DNA of 64,000 nt from Amoebophrya sp. A120 (Eukaryota > Protista > Dinoflagellata), in NCBI GenBank assembly GCA_905178155.1, contig CAJINV010000001.1:605643-669642 (forward strand), written 5' to 3'. Below, in pieces: positions 1-11,441 of this stretch. Below the pieces are notes generated by a model. It was not told the DNA's origin. It did no database searches and was given only the letters and a program-made list of their open reading frames with translations. Both the position numbers and the translations under genes were made by a program. Position 1 is the stretch's first letter, and each line of letters opens with the position of its first letter.

Positions 1-142
1 TCTTCGGAGATCGACACGAAGTAGTTCGTTGACGAATACGAATAACGCCACGCTTCATCGGGTGTAGCGCGAGCATTACCTCCTTTTCGAGGAATTTTTA
101 CTCTTGGTCGCACATTAAGACTTTACACAAGAGCAAGATCTG

Positions 143-1915
143 ATGAAAAAAATGGGGCGCCGCGCGATGGACAAGACGCGCAGCAAAAAAGCTGCGTGCA
201 ATCCACCTTCCGGAAAAAAAAGACCTCCGGCTGCGAAGATGAAGCAGACCGCCCCAACTAAACAAGTCGCGAAAGCACAATGCGCTCCCAAAACCAGAAC
301 TAGCGAGCAAACAAAACCCGGCGCGGCCGCAAAAGTCGTTTCCGACGATCGGTTCGTGCGTGCGATGAAGGAGATTCCCAAGGGGGAAGTTTGGTCCTTT
401 CAGGAGTTGGCCGTGGCCGCCGAGCGCCAGGGACAGGGTGGCATGATGCGGGCGAGCAGCGTCGCGCACAGTATTGTGTCCACCGCGCGGAATATTCCTT
501 GGTGGCGGGTCGTGTACAAGCCCAAGACGGGGAAGGCCCTGCGCGGGTACTTGCAGAAGGGGAGCAGCCGCGCCACCGTCCAGGCGCAGCTGTTGCAGGC
601 GGAGAAGGTGGATGTCAATAAAGAGTGGGTGGAGAAGCCGTTGGCCCCGGACGACCAGCTGACGCTGCGGGCCAAGGACTTGAAGGCACTGAAAGGCAGA
701 AGTAGCTCTATCACTACTTTATCCGGTAGTTCAAGAAGTAAATCTTCCGCGTTTTCTTCCCTGTTCAACGATTGGGAAATGCGCGTGGACAAAATTGCCA
801 CGACCATCGCGGAAAAACTCGGACGCGAAGGGATTTTTGCGACGACGAAAAGCAGTGTCAAAGCGGGAGCTCCTGCGCCGCAGGGTAGTAGTACACATAG
901 GGCACTGTCTTCCACCAGCGCAGTATCATCTTCTTCCTCTTCGGACTGGGAGCCCATTCGGGTGGGAAATGTTTTCAGCGCAGAGGAAGTCGGTGCCATT
1001 CTCGATTGGGCCGCCGAGGATGTTTATCACCACCGAACCGTGCGCCTCGAGAAGCACAACTTTGGCAAGGGCGTTTACCACTACTTGGCGGAGTCCGCAT
1101 TTGTCAAAGACGCGAAACACAACTACGTAGGCAGCTCCTTGAGCCTCTTCCGCGAGCGTTTGTTTGAGACCCTGCTGCCCTTCGCAGCGAGGCTGTCGAG
1201 TGGTTCTAGCACCGAACTGAAGCAGCTCGCGGGCAATTCTAGTACTTGTGCGGGGATGAAAAAACAACACGCAGGCACAACAAGCGCTTCGTCTACTACG
1301 GCTCTATCCCCCTTGAAGAAATTCCACCGGCTTTGCGAAAAAAAGGGGCAGGCGCGGCCGAGCTCGCTGATTTTGTACTACCGGGCGGGGGGCGTCAACT
1401 TCGCGCACCGAGACCTTTTATCAAGTGCAAAAATGTCTGGGTCTGGAAGAAAGGAAGGCTTGTCATGCTTGTCTGGCCTGACCCATGGTGCTTGTAATGC
1501 ATGACCCAGCATCACAGATTTTTGGAAAGCTTCCTGATGCCATTTCCGCATGACAAATGCCCTCCTCGCGTAGCACAAATGTGGCTCCTCTTGCAGGTCA
1601 TGCAATACAGATTTTTTTAGAGTTCAAAGTTAGCATCAGAAGTTCCAACTTTCCAGACCCAGACATTTTTGCATTTGATACCTTTTCGGCAGCATTGCGT
1701 TTCCGTTCCAGGTGTTGGCGCTGCTCTCCAGTCCGAAGGACGATTTCGAGGGGGGCCAGTTCTTCACCAAAACTGCCAAGGGGGTGTGCACCACCCACGA
1801 ACTGCAGATGGGGGATGTGCTGGTCTTCGACCCGATTAAGGTCACGCACGGCATGACCAAAATCACAAAGGGGCGGCGGGCAGTCTTCGGCTTTGTGTTT
1901 CACTTGGCGAAGTAA
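143..1915 (+). CDS. Fusion of an alkyltransferase-like (ATL/MGMT-type) DNA-binding domain and a DUF2086-type 2OG-Fe(II) oxygenase; 2 exons split by introner 1419-1680
   Basis: N-terminal IPKGEVWSFQELA...IPWWRVV (ATL-type PWxRV). C-terminal RLEKHNFGKGVYHY, RPSSLILYY, and the spliced junction HRDLFGSIAFPFQVLALLSSPKDDFEGGQF...THGMTKITKGRRAVFGFVFH, matching the DUF2086 HxD...H...R pattern. Confidence 0.8.
1419..1680. mobile_element. Introner, family A (TAT....TGCAAAAATGTCTGGGTCTGGAA TIR)
   Basis: TIRs; TSD CCTTT/CCTTT; removal restores HRDLFG. Confidence 0.9.
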
Positions 1916-2769
1916 GCAGTGGGGGGACTCGATGGGGTTTCGAAACGGCAAAGGTTTAGGAAAAATACGAGCGCAGACTGCTTTTCAGTTCGCCTGATCC
2001 CCGTAGTGCGGAAGGAAGAAAGACTCGATATGCCACTTGACGACGATATTTGCCAAGTACTGGCAATGGATTTTCATTTTGCTTCGGAGCAATCTCTATC
2101 CGAGTTTCAGTTTCATTTTTTTAAACCAACGCGAGGAGAATCCTTGTGCGCCCGTTTCGAAGAAGGCATTGTAATGTAAGGCACGCGGACGCGGTGATCA
2201 ACATGCTCGTGTTCATTTCTGCACGCTATTGTGTTTTTCCAAGCCGTTTCCGTTGTTTTCGTGGTCCGACGCTCGGCACGAGTTGCAATGATGATGACCG
2301 CACTGCTGATCTGAAATCTGTTGACGCGGAAACTGATTGTGGAGCAGACCAACGTCGATCCAGCTTTTCGTTTTCTTTTTCGGAAAAATTTTACAAACTG
2401 CGAATCATGCGGAGAAAATGCGACGTGACTCCGGAGGTCGAGCGGAAGACGAAATGCACTGAAATCCTTGCGAATAATCCCCCACTCGAAAATCGTTGTT
2501 CCGGCCGCATGGTCGGACCTAAGAACTGAGATCATAGTTTGCCACTGACAGTGCGCGATTTGATTTCCGTCCCGTCCAGGCCTTCTTCGCAATCGTACAT
2601 GTTACCGCTGTTCTATTGTGCAGTAGTTGCGATCTATCAAGCACAGTGTGTTACGACCTAAGGCGGCAATGAATACTCTAATCACGCGGCCCTAGCACGC
2701 GAAGCAGCAAAGCGCCGTTTGTGCTTTGTGAATTACTAATGTTGTAGCTACTTAAATCCCGAAGGTAAA

Positions 2770-4474
2770 ATGTACGAAGAGAAACTAGTGCTACCTCCGG
2801 ACGGCGTCGGCTGTGTGGCCACGCAGGCTATTGCATCTGGCCAGGAGATCATACAGGAGTATGAAGCGAAACGTGGGTCGACAGGAGCAGAGGAGAATAC
2901 CGGGTGTACTCTAATCATGACGTTTTCTGGAGCTGTATCGCTAACGCAAAAACACAAACGAGCTTGTATGTACTTTCAGTACACCATTATGATTGAACAA
3001 AGCACTTTGCAATGTGAGAAGAAAATGCGCCCTTCTTTTACACCGACAGAACTGCCCTGCCGACGAATAACGTTTCTACTTCCATACACGACGGCCTTGC
3101 CTGGTCCCCTCCGACTTTCTGGTAGTCAACCCGACTGCAAACAACAACCGCGACCCCGCCACTGCCGAGGAGTACCGAGACCAACGCGACGCGTTTCTGT
3201 CCGACGTTGCAGCTGCCCATCTCTCACAAAAGCAGAAAACCGCGGTGCTGCAGCTCGCCGACGCCTACAAGGGGGAGTTTCAGCGGGAAGAGAAACATTT
3301 GTTCACCATCGCTCTCACCAACAGCTACGAACCCGGGCTCTTTCTCCGCATCGCCCGCCTGAACCACAGCTGCTGTCCGAATGTGGAATTGCTCGTGGAT
3401 GATAGAAAAGAACGACAAAGTGGAGATTCTGACGCTAGTACCATTACAGGAAATACTACTTCGCTAGAAGTAGTAGCCCGGGTCACCGCGCTCCGGCACA
3501 TTGGGAAAAACGAGGAGTTACTCACCTCGTATGTCGACCCCTTTGCGTCGTTTTCTACACGGCAGCGCGTGTTGGAAACAACCTACCGCTTTACCTGTTT
3601 GTGCCCTTGCTGCGCCAGGTGTGCGAATGACGCGGTGTTTCGAGCTGCCTCCGACCAACGGCGCGCCCGGTGTCGCAGGATTCTCGACGTGCTCGAGCTC
3701 GGGAGTTGTGGAAGGGCCGTGCCGGGTTTTGCTGTTGACAGCGATAAAACAAGCAGTATGGAAATCGAAGGACATCAAAAAGAAGAGCAGGACGTGGCTG
3801 AAGACGTAGAAGATCTTCACGATCTTGATCCCGCTTGGCGTGCTTTGCTTCAAGAACTTCAGGATATTATTTTCGACAATGTCCTGAAAGATGAAAATAA
3901 ATCGCCTCCGAGGACGAGCCCGGGCACCACGGATGCAGCAGCAATAGTGTCACAAGGGCACAACGAGCAAAAATACAACCCCGCGAGGCGGTGGCTTCTT
4001 CGCTACCGCCCTTCTGCCACGAAGGATGCGTTTCTGCCGATTCCCGCGGAAGGTCTCGTAGGAAAAGAGGGCATGGCGTTTCTGTTCCGAAATGTCAACA
4101 TTCCCGGGGAGCACATTCGCAAACTGGCGCTAGAAGCGCTGCGGTTGCTCGCAGAAGAGCAGCTGTGTTGCGGCAGTGTTTATCTTTTCAAACTGCGTAT
4201 GGCAGCGTTGATAGGGGGGTTGCGAACGGTGATAGGCAGTTCGATTTTCGAAGGAAGGCGCAGGGGAGATGAAGCAGGAAAACAACAAAAAAACGAACTA
4301 CTGTTGTGGTGCCAAAGGTGGTTGAAGGAAGAGATTTTGAACGATTCCGGCTCCTTCATTTACAAACAAGCTGTGCATGACGAGCTCGATCCTGAAACAG
4401 AGCTGTGTTTCTTGCGGAAACTGGACGCAGCTTTGGATAAAAATTGGGTTGCGCCATTATTAAAACAGAACTGA
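2770..4474 (+). CDS. SET-domain (SMYD-like) lysine methyltransferase, 2 exons
   Basis: GVGCVATQAIASGQEIIQE|RPCLV; LFLRIARLNHSCCPN; ALRHIGKNEELLTSYVD; post-SET YRFTCLCPCC. Confidence 0.85.
2860..3086. mobile_element. Introner, singleton and eroded
   Basis: TATGAAGCGAAACGT...ACGTTTCTACTTCCATA imperfect TIR; degenerate TSD AGGAG/CACGA; removal restores frame (QE|RPCL). Confidence 0.65.
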
Positions 4475-5269
4475 CTGCTCCTGTCAGGGCTATAATTAAA
4501 ACAGAATTGACTCTTTGTCAGATGAAGTGGTCGCTCAGCAAGTCAAATATCAAAAGCAAACTTTCCTGCCGAAGTTTTCTTTCTGCAAAAATGCCACACC
4601 TCCGCTCAAGGGCGAAAAATTCCGTAATGGAAGAAAAAAAATTAATCCGACATCAAGTCTTGCTGTCATCGGCAGAAATAAAGTGAGAGGCCTGCTTTTG
4701 TCACCATTGTTCTTTGCCCTATCTTCTTTGTGTACCAGTACGTTCCGATGAACATGTTTCATCAGTATGAGTTGGTGCTTGAAAAATAAATCCACGTAAT
4801 TCCGAGCCTTGCTACTTCACGACCAGGTGTAGCTTGTTTTCTTCTCCCACTTACTCCGGGCAGTCTGAGGCTCGGTTTATGTTGCATACTTACTTATTTC
4901 TGTGAATCTCCTGGTCAATGGTGCGTGTCTGCTTGTGCCGGCGGTTTGGAAATCGGTTGTGATGTGAGTTTCCGAGAAGTTCTTGCAGTCACAGAGAACG
5001 TTCTTACTACAGTGGTCACCTCTACAACCCAGCCACACCCCTTCGGCGAGCAGTTCCATGGGCGCCGCTTCTTACAGTTCTGTTCTGGGTGAGGCGAGGG
5101 CGGTAGTACAGTTTAGGCTCTCGGAAGAACATCTCAGCATTTATCCACGACCTGGCACAATATCCCAGTACTTCTTCTGCACAAGAAGTCTACTTGCGGT
5201 AGAGCATTAAGCCACCCAATAAAAATTCTCATACATGTATTAACACAACTAGTACACTCCTAACAAACC

Positions 5270-8200
5270 ATGGAGCCGCGGCACACGGTTCCGCAGGAGA
5301 AGGCGCTGGTGGCGCCGGCGGAGATTTTGGCGGACGGCCAGACGGTCTACAACCTGTACCGGGGAATCGTGTGCAACATTGTGAAGACGAGTGGGAAGGA
5401 AATCTTGTCGCGCATCTGGGTGGACCTCAGCCACATGCAGGTGTGCGTTGCCAAGTTGGACGAGTCCTTCATCGCGAGATTCGATGTGCACGACCTGGTG
5501 GTTCGGCCCCAGGGAGCGGCGCTGCACCAGAAAAGCCCCGAAGTGTCCCCGGAGGATGTATTTTTTTTGGGAGAAAATTTTTGTTTTACAGAAATAGGTC
5601 TGCAGAACAAGAAGTCGGATGGCAAATGCAGTCGCGCGCACTACTCGGATCGAAGTACAGTTAATATAAGCAGGGAAATTAAAAATTCCGCGGCTGTGAT
5701 TACAGGGCATCTCCCTATTAATTTGTCTGTAGCAGCCTTCAAGAAAGTGAAAGTCAAAGTTCCACATCTCTTTGTTCCTAGGCCTCCGTCGATTTAGCAG
5801 AGATCCTGCTCGAAGAGGAGGAAGCGGAGCAGAGCCCGGGGTCGCACAGCCTCGTTTTCTGGGCCAGCAACGAGTACTTCGAGAACAACACGCGCAACGC
5901 CGAGCGGCAGCGCTTCTTTGCGGAGTTGGGAACCAGCCGTGTGTATCAAATGCAAAAATGTCTGGGTCGGGAAGAAATCAGATGTTTGTCATGCAGCTTT
6001 TGCATCTGCGCGGAGGTCTGGAATACACGCAAAGCATGAGAAATTCCTGGGAGGCTTATTCATGCCTATCCCGCATGAGAAATTTTCCCTCGCCCAGGCA
6101 AAAACCGGCTATATTTTGCTGACCATGCAAGACAGACTCTTGCCTCTTCCAGAATTCGCATGACAAGTTTGGATCCTGCCAGACCCAGACATTTTTGCAG
6201 TTGATAGGGTGCACAAGGAAAGTGGACATCATCCAACCGACAGCTCCTCCGCCCGGTATTCTGAGTAAAAACGTCCCCACCCCAGAGTTGTCATGCAAAT
6301 CTGCATGCCAAAAAAGTTTTTCATGCGGAGCCCCATGAAAAGCGCTTTGTAGTCGTATTGTGAAATTTGTGATGCTATAATCAGCATGATATGCTAGATC
6401 GGTGATGCTGCTGAACTACTTAAACAGGATTACACTACGAGGACAAATCTGTAATGCGAAACAACCAAAGCTGATTGATTTGTCTAGCAGATTTCCCATC
6501 TTGACTCTGGTGTGGGGACGTTTTTACTCAGGATACCCGGGAAAGGAGAACGATTGTGGTGCACATTCTGCCCCCGACCCAGCTCCAACTTCTATCCGAG
6601 CAGTGGGACGAGAGCTTGGAAAAAGCGTCGATCGCTTTGCACTATCAAATGCAAATATGTCTGGGCCTGGAGACTTGTGATGCTAAAATGTGGATGATGG
6701 AAACAGTTCGGGATGCAACCTAGCTAGACAACTTTCCAGAACGCTTTCGCATAGGCAATCCGCAGCAGGAACTGCGTGTTTGCATGTACAAAAGAGGCTG
6801 CGACTGTTGTAGGTTATGCAATACAGATGTCCTAGGTATGGAAAGTTAGCATTACAAGCTCCAACCTTGTTGTTCCAGACCCAGACATATTTGCAATGCA
6901 TATGCACCGAGACGCGACGACTTCTGTAAAGAAGGACAGCGTGACGAACTCGGATTCTAAAAACAGCTCGCAAGTTATCGACAGCCCGGCGGAGGATGGG
7001 AATCCCGATGTAGTAGTTGATCCGCCCACGATTTTGGACAGCGCGGCTAGTCCCTACAGCCCGACGAAGCTCGCTTTGACGCCCGCGACGCCCCCGATCG
7101 GCGTCGGAAAGATGAAGCCGGGAGGTGGACCTCCGGCGGTGGTGAAGCGCGACGAGAGCATGGCGTCGACCGAAGCCGAATCTATGATCAAGCCCACAGC
7201 CACAGCGCTGGCCACGAATAGTACCGCGGGTGGCGCGGTGTCGTCGACGGCGAAAATGGTAAAGGATCACGACGCAGAAGAAGAATCGTTGGAGCGGACG
7301 CGCTCCTACGTCCTGCAAGCCGCCGCGGCCGCGACGCGCGAGGATGACGTGGTTAGCAGCGGCACCGGGGCGAACCCCCCGACGTTGCCGACGTTTGTGA
7401 ACAACATCCGGAAGTTGCGCGGCTTGGTGGACACGGACCAGCACGCGATTCTGCACCTGCAGCGAAACATGTTCCAGTATCTCTGGCGGTTCAACGCGGC
7501 GGCTATGACGCCCGATCAGCTGTTCTCCGCGCAGGCGGTAGAATTTGCTTTACTTGCATCTTCGCTGGACGATTTATTGTGCTGGATAAAAATAGCAGCT
7601 GCGGTTTTATATATTAGTTCTGCACAAAGAAACCCACTTCTGCTTCTGCAGCACTTCTGCAATGAGCAAGATGTCATAATAAAAATCACGACATATTCCA
7701 ACTACCCGCACCTCCACAGGTGCTGGCCTTCAACCTGGACCCGAAGGACGGGATTGCGTACCTGAAGGACAAGGTCCTACGGCAGTCGGACGTGGAACCG
7801 CGGCGGGTTGGTGAGTGGATCGCGGACATGTCTGCAGCCGGGAAGGGCGGCATCGACCCCTCCATCCTCGGGCGGTTCTTCTCCCGGAAGGATTCCCTCG
7901 ACATCTACGTCGGGTTCGTGGAAGCGGTCGACTTCCGCGGGCTGTCCATCGTGCAGGCCATGCGCAAGTTGTTCGACTGCTTCAAGCCGGGCGGGGAGGG
8001 ACAGGTAATGTATCCTGTGTAGAAACGTCCCAACCCCCTAGTCAAAGTGGGCATCTCGCAACACAGATCAAGAAGTTTTGGGAGTCAAGCATGACAAGTT
8101 CCTCTCTGAATAGTTCTAGTGCTGTTTAGCAAGCACAGACGCATCACAAAGCCATCTACTAATCCTGTTTAGAGCATTACAAATTTTTCCAAAACACGAT

Positions 8201-9923
8201 TTGAATTGCCTCTCATGCTGATGCGCATTACCAATCGTCATTGTGTGATTGCAGCCTTGCATTACAACTATGGGGGTGGGGACGTTTTTACATAGGATAT
8301 AATCGACCGGATCATCAACCACTTTTCGGAGAGTTACTACCGCCAGACGAAGCTCCCCGTGGACCCCGACCGGCCACCCACGCTGCCGAACACCACGGAC
8401 AACTTTCCCGAGTGGAAGTCCGCGGACTCGCCCTACGGCTTCGGTTTCGCGATCATTATGCTGAACACGGACCTGCACGTGATGGGCCGCTATCAAATGT
8501 AAAAATATCTGGGTCTGGAAGGTTGCAACTTGTGATGCTGTCTTTGGAAGGTAAAAAAAGGACTAGCAAGAGGAGTTCAGTTTGTGCTACGCGGAGTGGG
8601 CATTTCTCATGCGGAATACGCATCAGGGGGTCATTTAAAAATCTGTGATGCTCGGCCATGCATTACAGGCATCATGGGTTATGCAAAATATGCATGACAA
8701 ACCTGGCAGACCCAGAAACTTTTACACTTGATAGCCGCATGATCGGCAACAAGGCAAAGTCGAGCAACGACAAGGGATTCAGCGGCATGTCGGTGTCGCA
8801 GTTTATCGTGAACAGCCGGACGATTTTGCAGCCGGAGGAAGCGTCGGACCAGTTTTTGACGAACGTGTACGAAGACATAAAAGCCTCGGAAATCCAGTTG
8901 CGGCCGCTACCCCAGGCCCCACTGAGCTCGTTGCCCGTGGCGCCCGACATCGAGGGGTGGCTCACGGTGCTGCTGCAGGTGAATCCGCGCGGCGTGCACA
9001 TCCAGCGGTACTGGTGTGTGTTGGCCATCCAGCGGCTGTACATTTTCAGCGACAAATACCACGGGCTCGGCTTGTACCCGCGACTGTGCTTGGACGTGAA
9101 AGCGATCCGCGCCAATACGGTGTCCGACCCAGAGTCTTTCCAGGCTCTGCTAACGCAGATCGTGGAAAACCAGCAGCCAAGGCGTAAGTATCTAGGGAAT
9201 GTGATTTGTGCATGTTTTTTCTTTTCATTCGTTCGGGGTTTTCGCTATGCAAAAGGAATTCTGTCGGTGTCGTTTTCATCCTGGTCCGGACTACTTTAAC
9301 CCTTATATCAAAAATCCAGGCCGCGCTGCGTTTTCCAAGTGCCTGCAGTCCTCCTGTCTCCGGGAGGGCACAGGAGACCGTAGTATCGAGAAGTCGGCTT
9401 CGCTCGTGTGCAACAGCAGTGAATTCCGGCAATACGAGCTGTCTTCGGATTTAGCGATCGTGCTGACCAAGGATAAAGGCGCGACGCAGGACTTGGACCT
9501 GTACTTCCGTCCGACAAGCAGTGAGGAACTGAAGGAGCAATCCTCGTTCTCTCAGTCCTGGGCCGTGCGGCGCGCCAGCCACATGCTCAGCTCCGCGACG
9601 GCGTCCTCTGCTTCGCAAAAACAGGCGTACACGTCGCAGCAGCCCGAGGGCAGTTGGGAACCGCGCCAGCCACGGCAGAAGCGGTTTATCCCACAGAAAA
9701 AAGCTGGCAGGATGAGGCTGTAATGCAAAAATAAACACACAGAAAGATCTGTCATGGGCGGCCTCATAGCATGCTATTTAGGATATGCAAAGCAAATTTT
9801 TTTGTCTATTTATTTTTGCATTACAAATATGACCTGCCAGTTTTTTTCTGTGTGAGACGGTTTGTTTGTTGCGCGGAAACGCCAAATTTGATGAACAAAT
9901 GGGTCAGCATGCTGAGCATGTGA
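5270..9923 (+). CDS. Sec7 + PH domain ARF guanine-nucleotide exchange factor, multi-exon (6 introners plus GT-AG introns such as 7538-7719 and 9184-9319)
   Basis: Spliced FNLDPKDGIAYL...FKPGGEGQVIDR (Sec7 catalytic Glu motif)...AIIMLNTDLH...MSVSQFIVN...VYEDIK; PH domain EGWLTV...RYWCVL, ending RFVCCAETPNLMNKWVSMLSM*. Confidence 0.88.
5944..6206. mobile_element. Introner, family A
   Basis: TIRs; TSD GTGTG/GGGTG. Confidence 0.88.
6257..6535. mobile_element. Introner, family B (TATCCTG.GTAAAAACGTCCCCAC TIR)
   Basis: TIRs; TSD CCCGG/CCCGG. Confidence 0.9.
6643..6902. mobile_element. Introner, family A
   Basis: TIRs; TSD TGCAC/TGCAC. Confidence 0.9.
8011..8299. mobile_element. Introner, family B (inverted relative to 6257)
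   Basis: TIRs; TSD TAATG/TAATC; removal restores Sec7 GQVIDR. Confidence 0.9.
8491..8733. mobile_element. Introner, family A
   Basis: TIRs; TSD GCCGC/GCCGC. Confidence 0.9.
9687..9857. mobile_element. Introner, family G (TATCCCACAGAAAAAAGC.GGCAGG TIR)
   Basis: TIRs; TSD CGGTT/CGGTT; removal completes the PH domain. Confidence 0.85.
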
Positions 9924-10282
9924 AGGCGATTGCATTTTTATTTTCCTTGCCGGACCCAGAAGTGCGCAAACCAACTTGAAAAAGAAACCCAGTGAGAAAC
10001 TCAGCCCCTGCATATCAGAGGTGCGGCGCATGAACGTAGCGAGATAAACGGAAATAGAGCAACTCAGCAATAGGCGAATCTTTTTGGTGGGAGCCACAGT
10101 ATTTTCTAGGAGGAAATTTTCGCTGTTCGCAAACAGAACTACCTGGGAAAATAGGTACGGTAGTTTTCGATGTCTATCGAGATCAAGAAAAATATAAAGC
10201 TCCACGTCGCCAAGCGAGTCTCGTTTTCTGCCTAAACTCAAAACCATTTATTTCCCGACCACTAAAGCGAAGAATCCTGAAA

Positions 10283-10774
10283 ATGGCCCCCCGTCGACGC
10301 GCAGGACAAAACACCTCTTGCGGCCTTATTTTGATGACGAAGTTTTCGGTCTTCTGTTCCTTGGTCTTGCGCTTTGCGGCTGCAACCTTGGTTCACGTGC
10401 CTTACATCGGCGGGCCGACCTGGGCCGATGCTTTGGGAGCCGGGCCATGTCGACAGAACTGCAGCACAGGCGACGCTCAGCCACAACAGGAGGAGAACGA
10501 CAAGCAAGTTGGAAAACATCAAGCTGCGACTTCGGAGGAAAGAACAAATCCCACCGCAGCAAGCGGGAGTAAAGCCGCTTCTCAACAACCAGTAAACGAG
10601 GAGGATCTGAAGGCACTGCACGCCTTCCACCAAAACCGGTCGTTCGTGCTTTCCCAGCGGTCGCGCCCGCGGAGACGGGTGTTGTGGAGTGGCCACTCCG
10701 AGCCACCCAGTCCCCCGCCACCGACGGAAATGGAAGAGGCGGGTGGCGCGGATCCGGGAAAGATCGCGAAGTAA
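10283..10774 (+). CDS. Hypothetical protein with a possible signal peptide (alternative start MTKFSVFCSLVL)
   Basis: 163-aa ORF with a hydrophobic N-terminal segment and coding-like composition; no recognised domain. Confidence 0.45.
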   Translation: MAPRRRAGQNTSCGLILMTKFSVFCSLVLRFAAATLVHVPYIGGPTWADALGAGPCRQNCSTGDAQPQQEENDKQVGKHQAATSEERTNPTAASGSKAASQQPVNEEDLKALHAFHQNRSFVLSQRSRPRRRVLWSGHSEPPSPPPPTEMEEAGGADPGKIAK

Positions 10775-11185
10775 TTCGCTGTGGAAAATCGTTACTCGGA
10801 GCAAGCGCCTGTCATCGGAGCTCTTTTTGAAAATCTTGAATCTCAAAAATCTGATAAAAATAAAAGAAGGAGTGATCATCGTCCGCGAAATATTGTTCTG
10901 CGAAACGTCAGCCAAGTCCGCACTGAAAATGCCTGAAGATCTCTAGAACAAACTTCGATATCACGATTGGAAATGATCTTGAGAAAATTGCGAAGTTGAT
11001 TGTTGAAAATTTGCCGTATTGAAATAAAGTCGCTCCCTTCAAACGATGGGTCTCATTCTACTGCAACAGGTACCGGAGACATGTAAGCGCCGTAACATAT
11101 GTAAAGCCTTGGTGTTCGTCGTGCAACACCAAATACTGAGTGAGAAGTTGTGATGAGATTTTGAATATCCGCGTCTAATAACGAC

Positions 11186-11198
11186 GGGTTTAGGGTTT
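11186..11198 (+). repeat. Interstitial telomere-like motif GGGTTTAGGGTTT
   Basis: TTTAGGG-type repeat about 250 bp upstream of the next ATG. Confidence 0.55.
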
Positions 11199-11441
11199 GT
11201 TACTCTTCTGTACGATCGATTGATACTTGGAGCTCTTGATAGATTTTTCTAGAAAAGCCCGCGCTAAGCTTCACAAGATTCATCTGAACATAGAATCGAA
11301 AAACAAAGTACTATTCGACGTTAGAGCACTTGACTGCGGCGTTTAATTTTTTTTTGTTCACGCGTTAGTTTTCCTTCAAGCGAATCTTTTTTTGAAGCGT
11401 ATAGTTACTTGCCACAAGTACCGGAAATACTCTGTTTCAGA

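Noticed and set aside
1-76. Possible start of a divergent minus-strand gene (MLALHPMKRG...)
   Set aside because: Only 25 codons are visible at the window edge, which is insufficient evidence.
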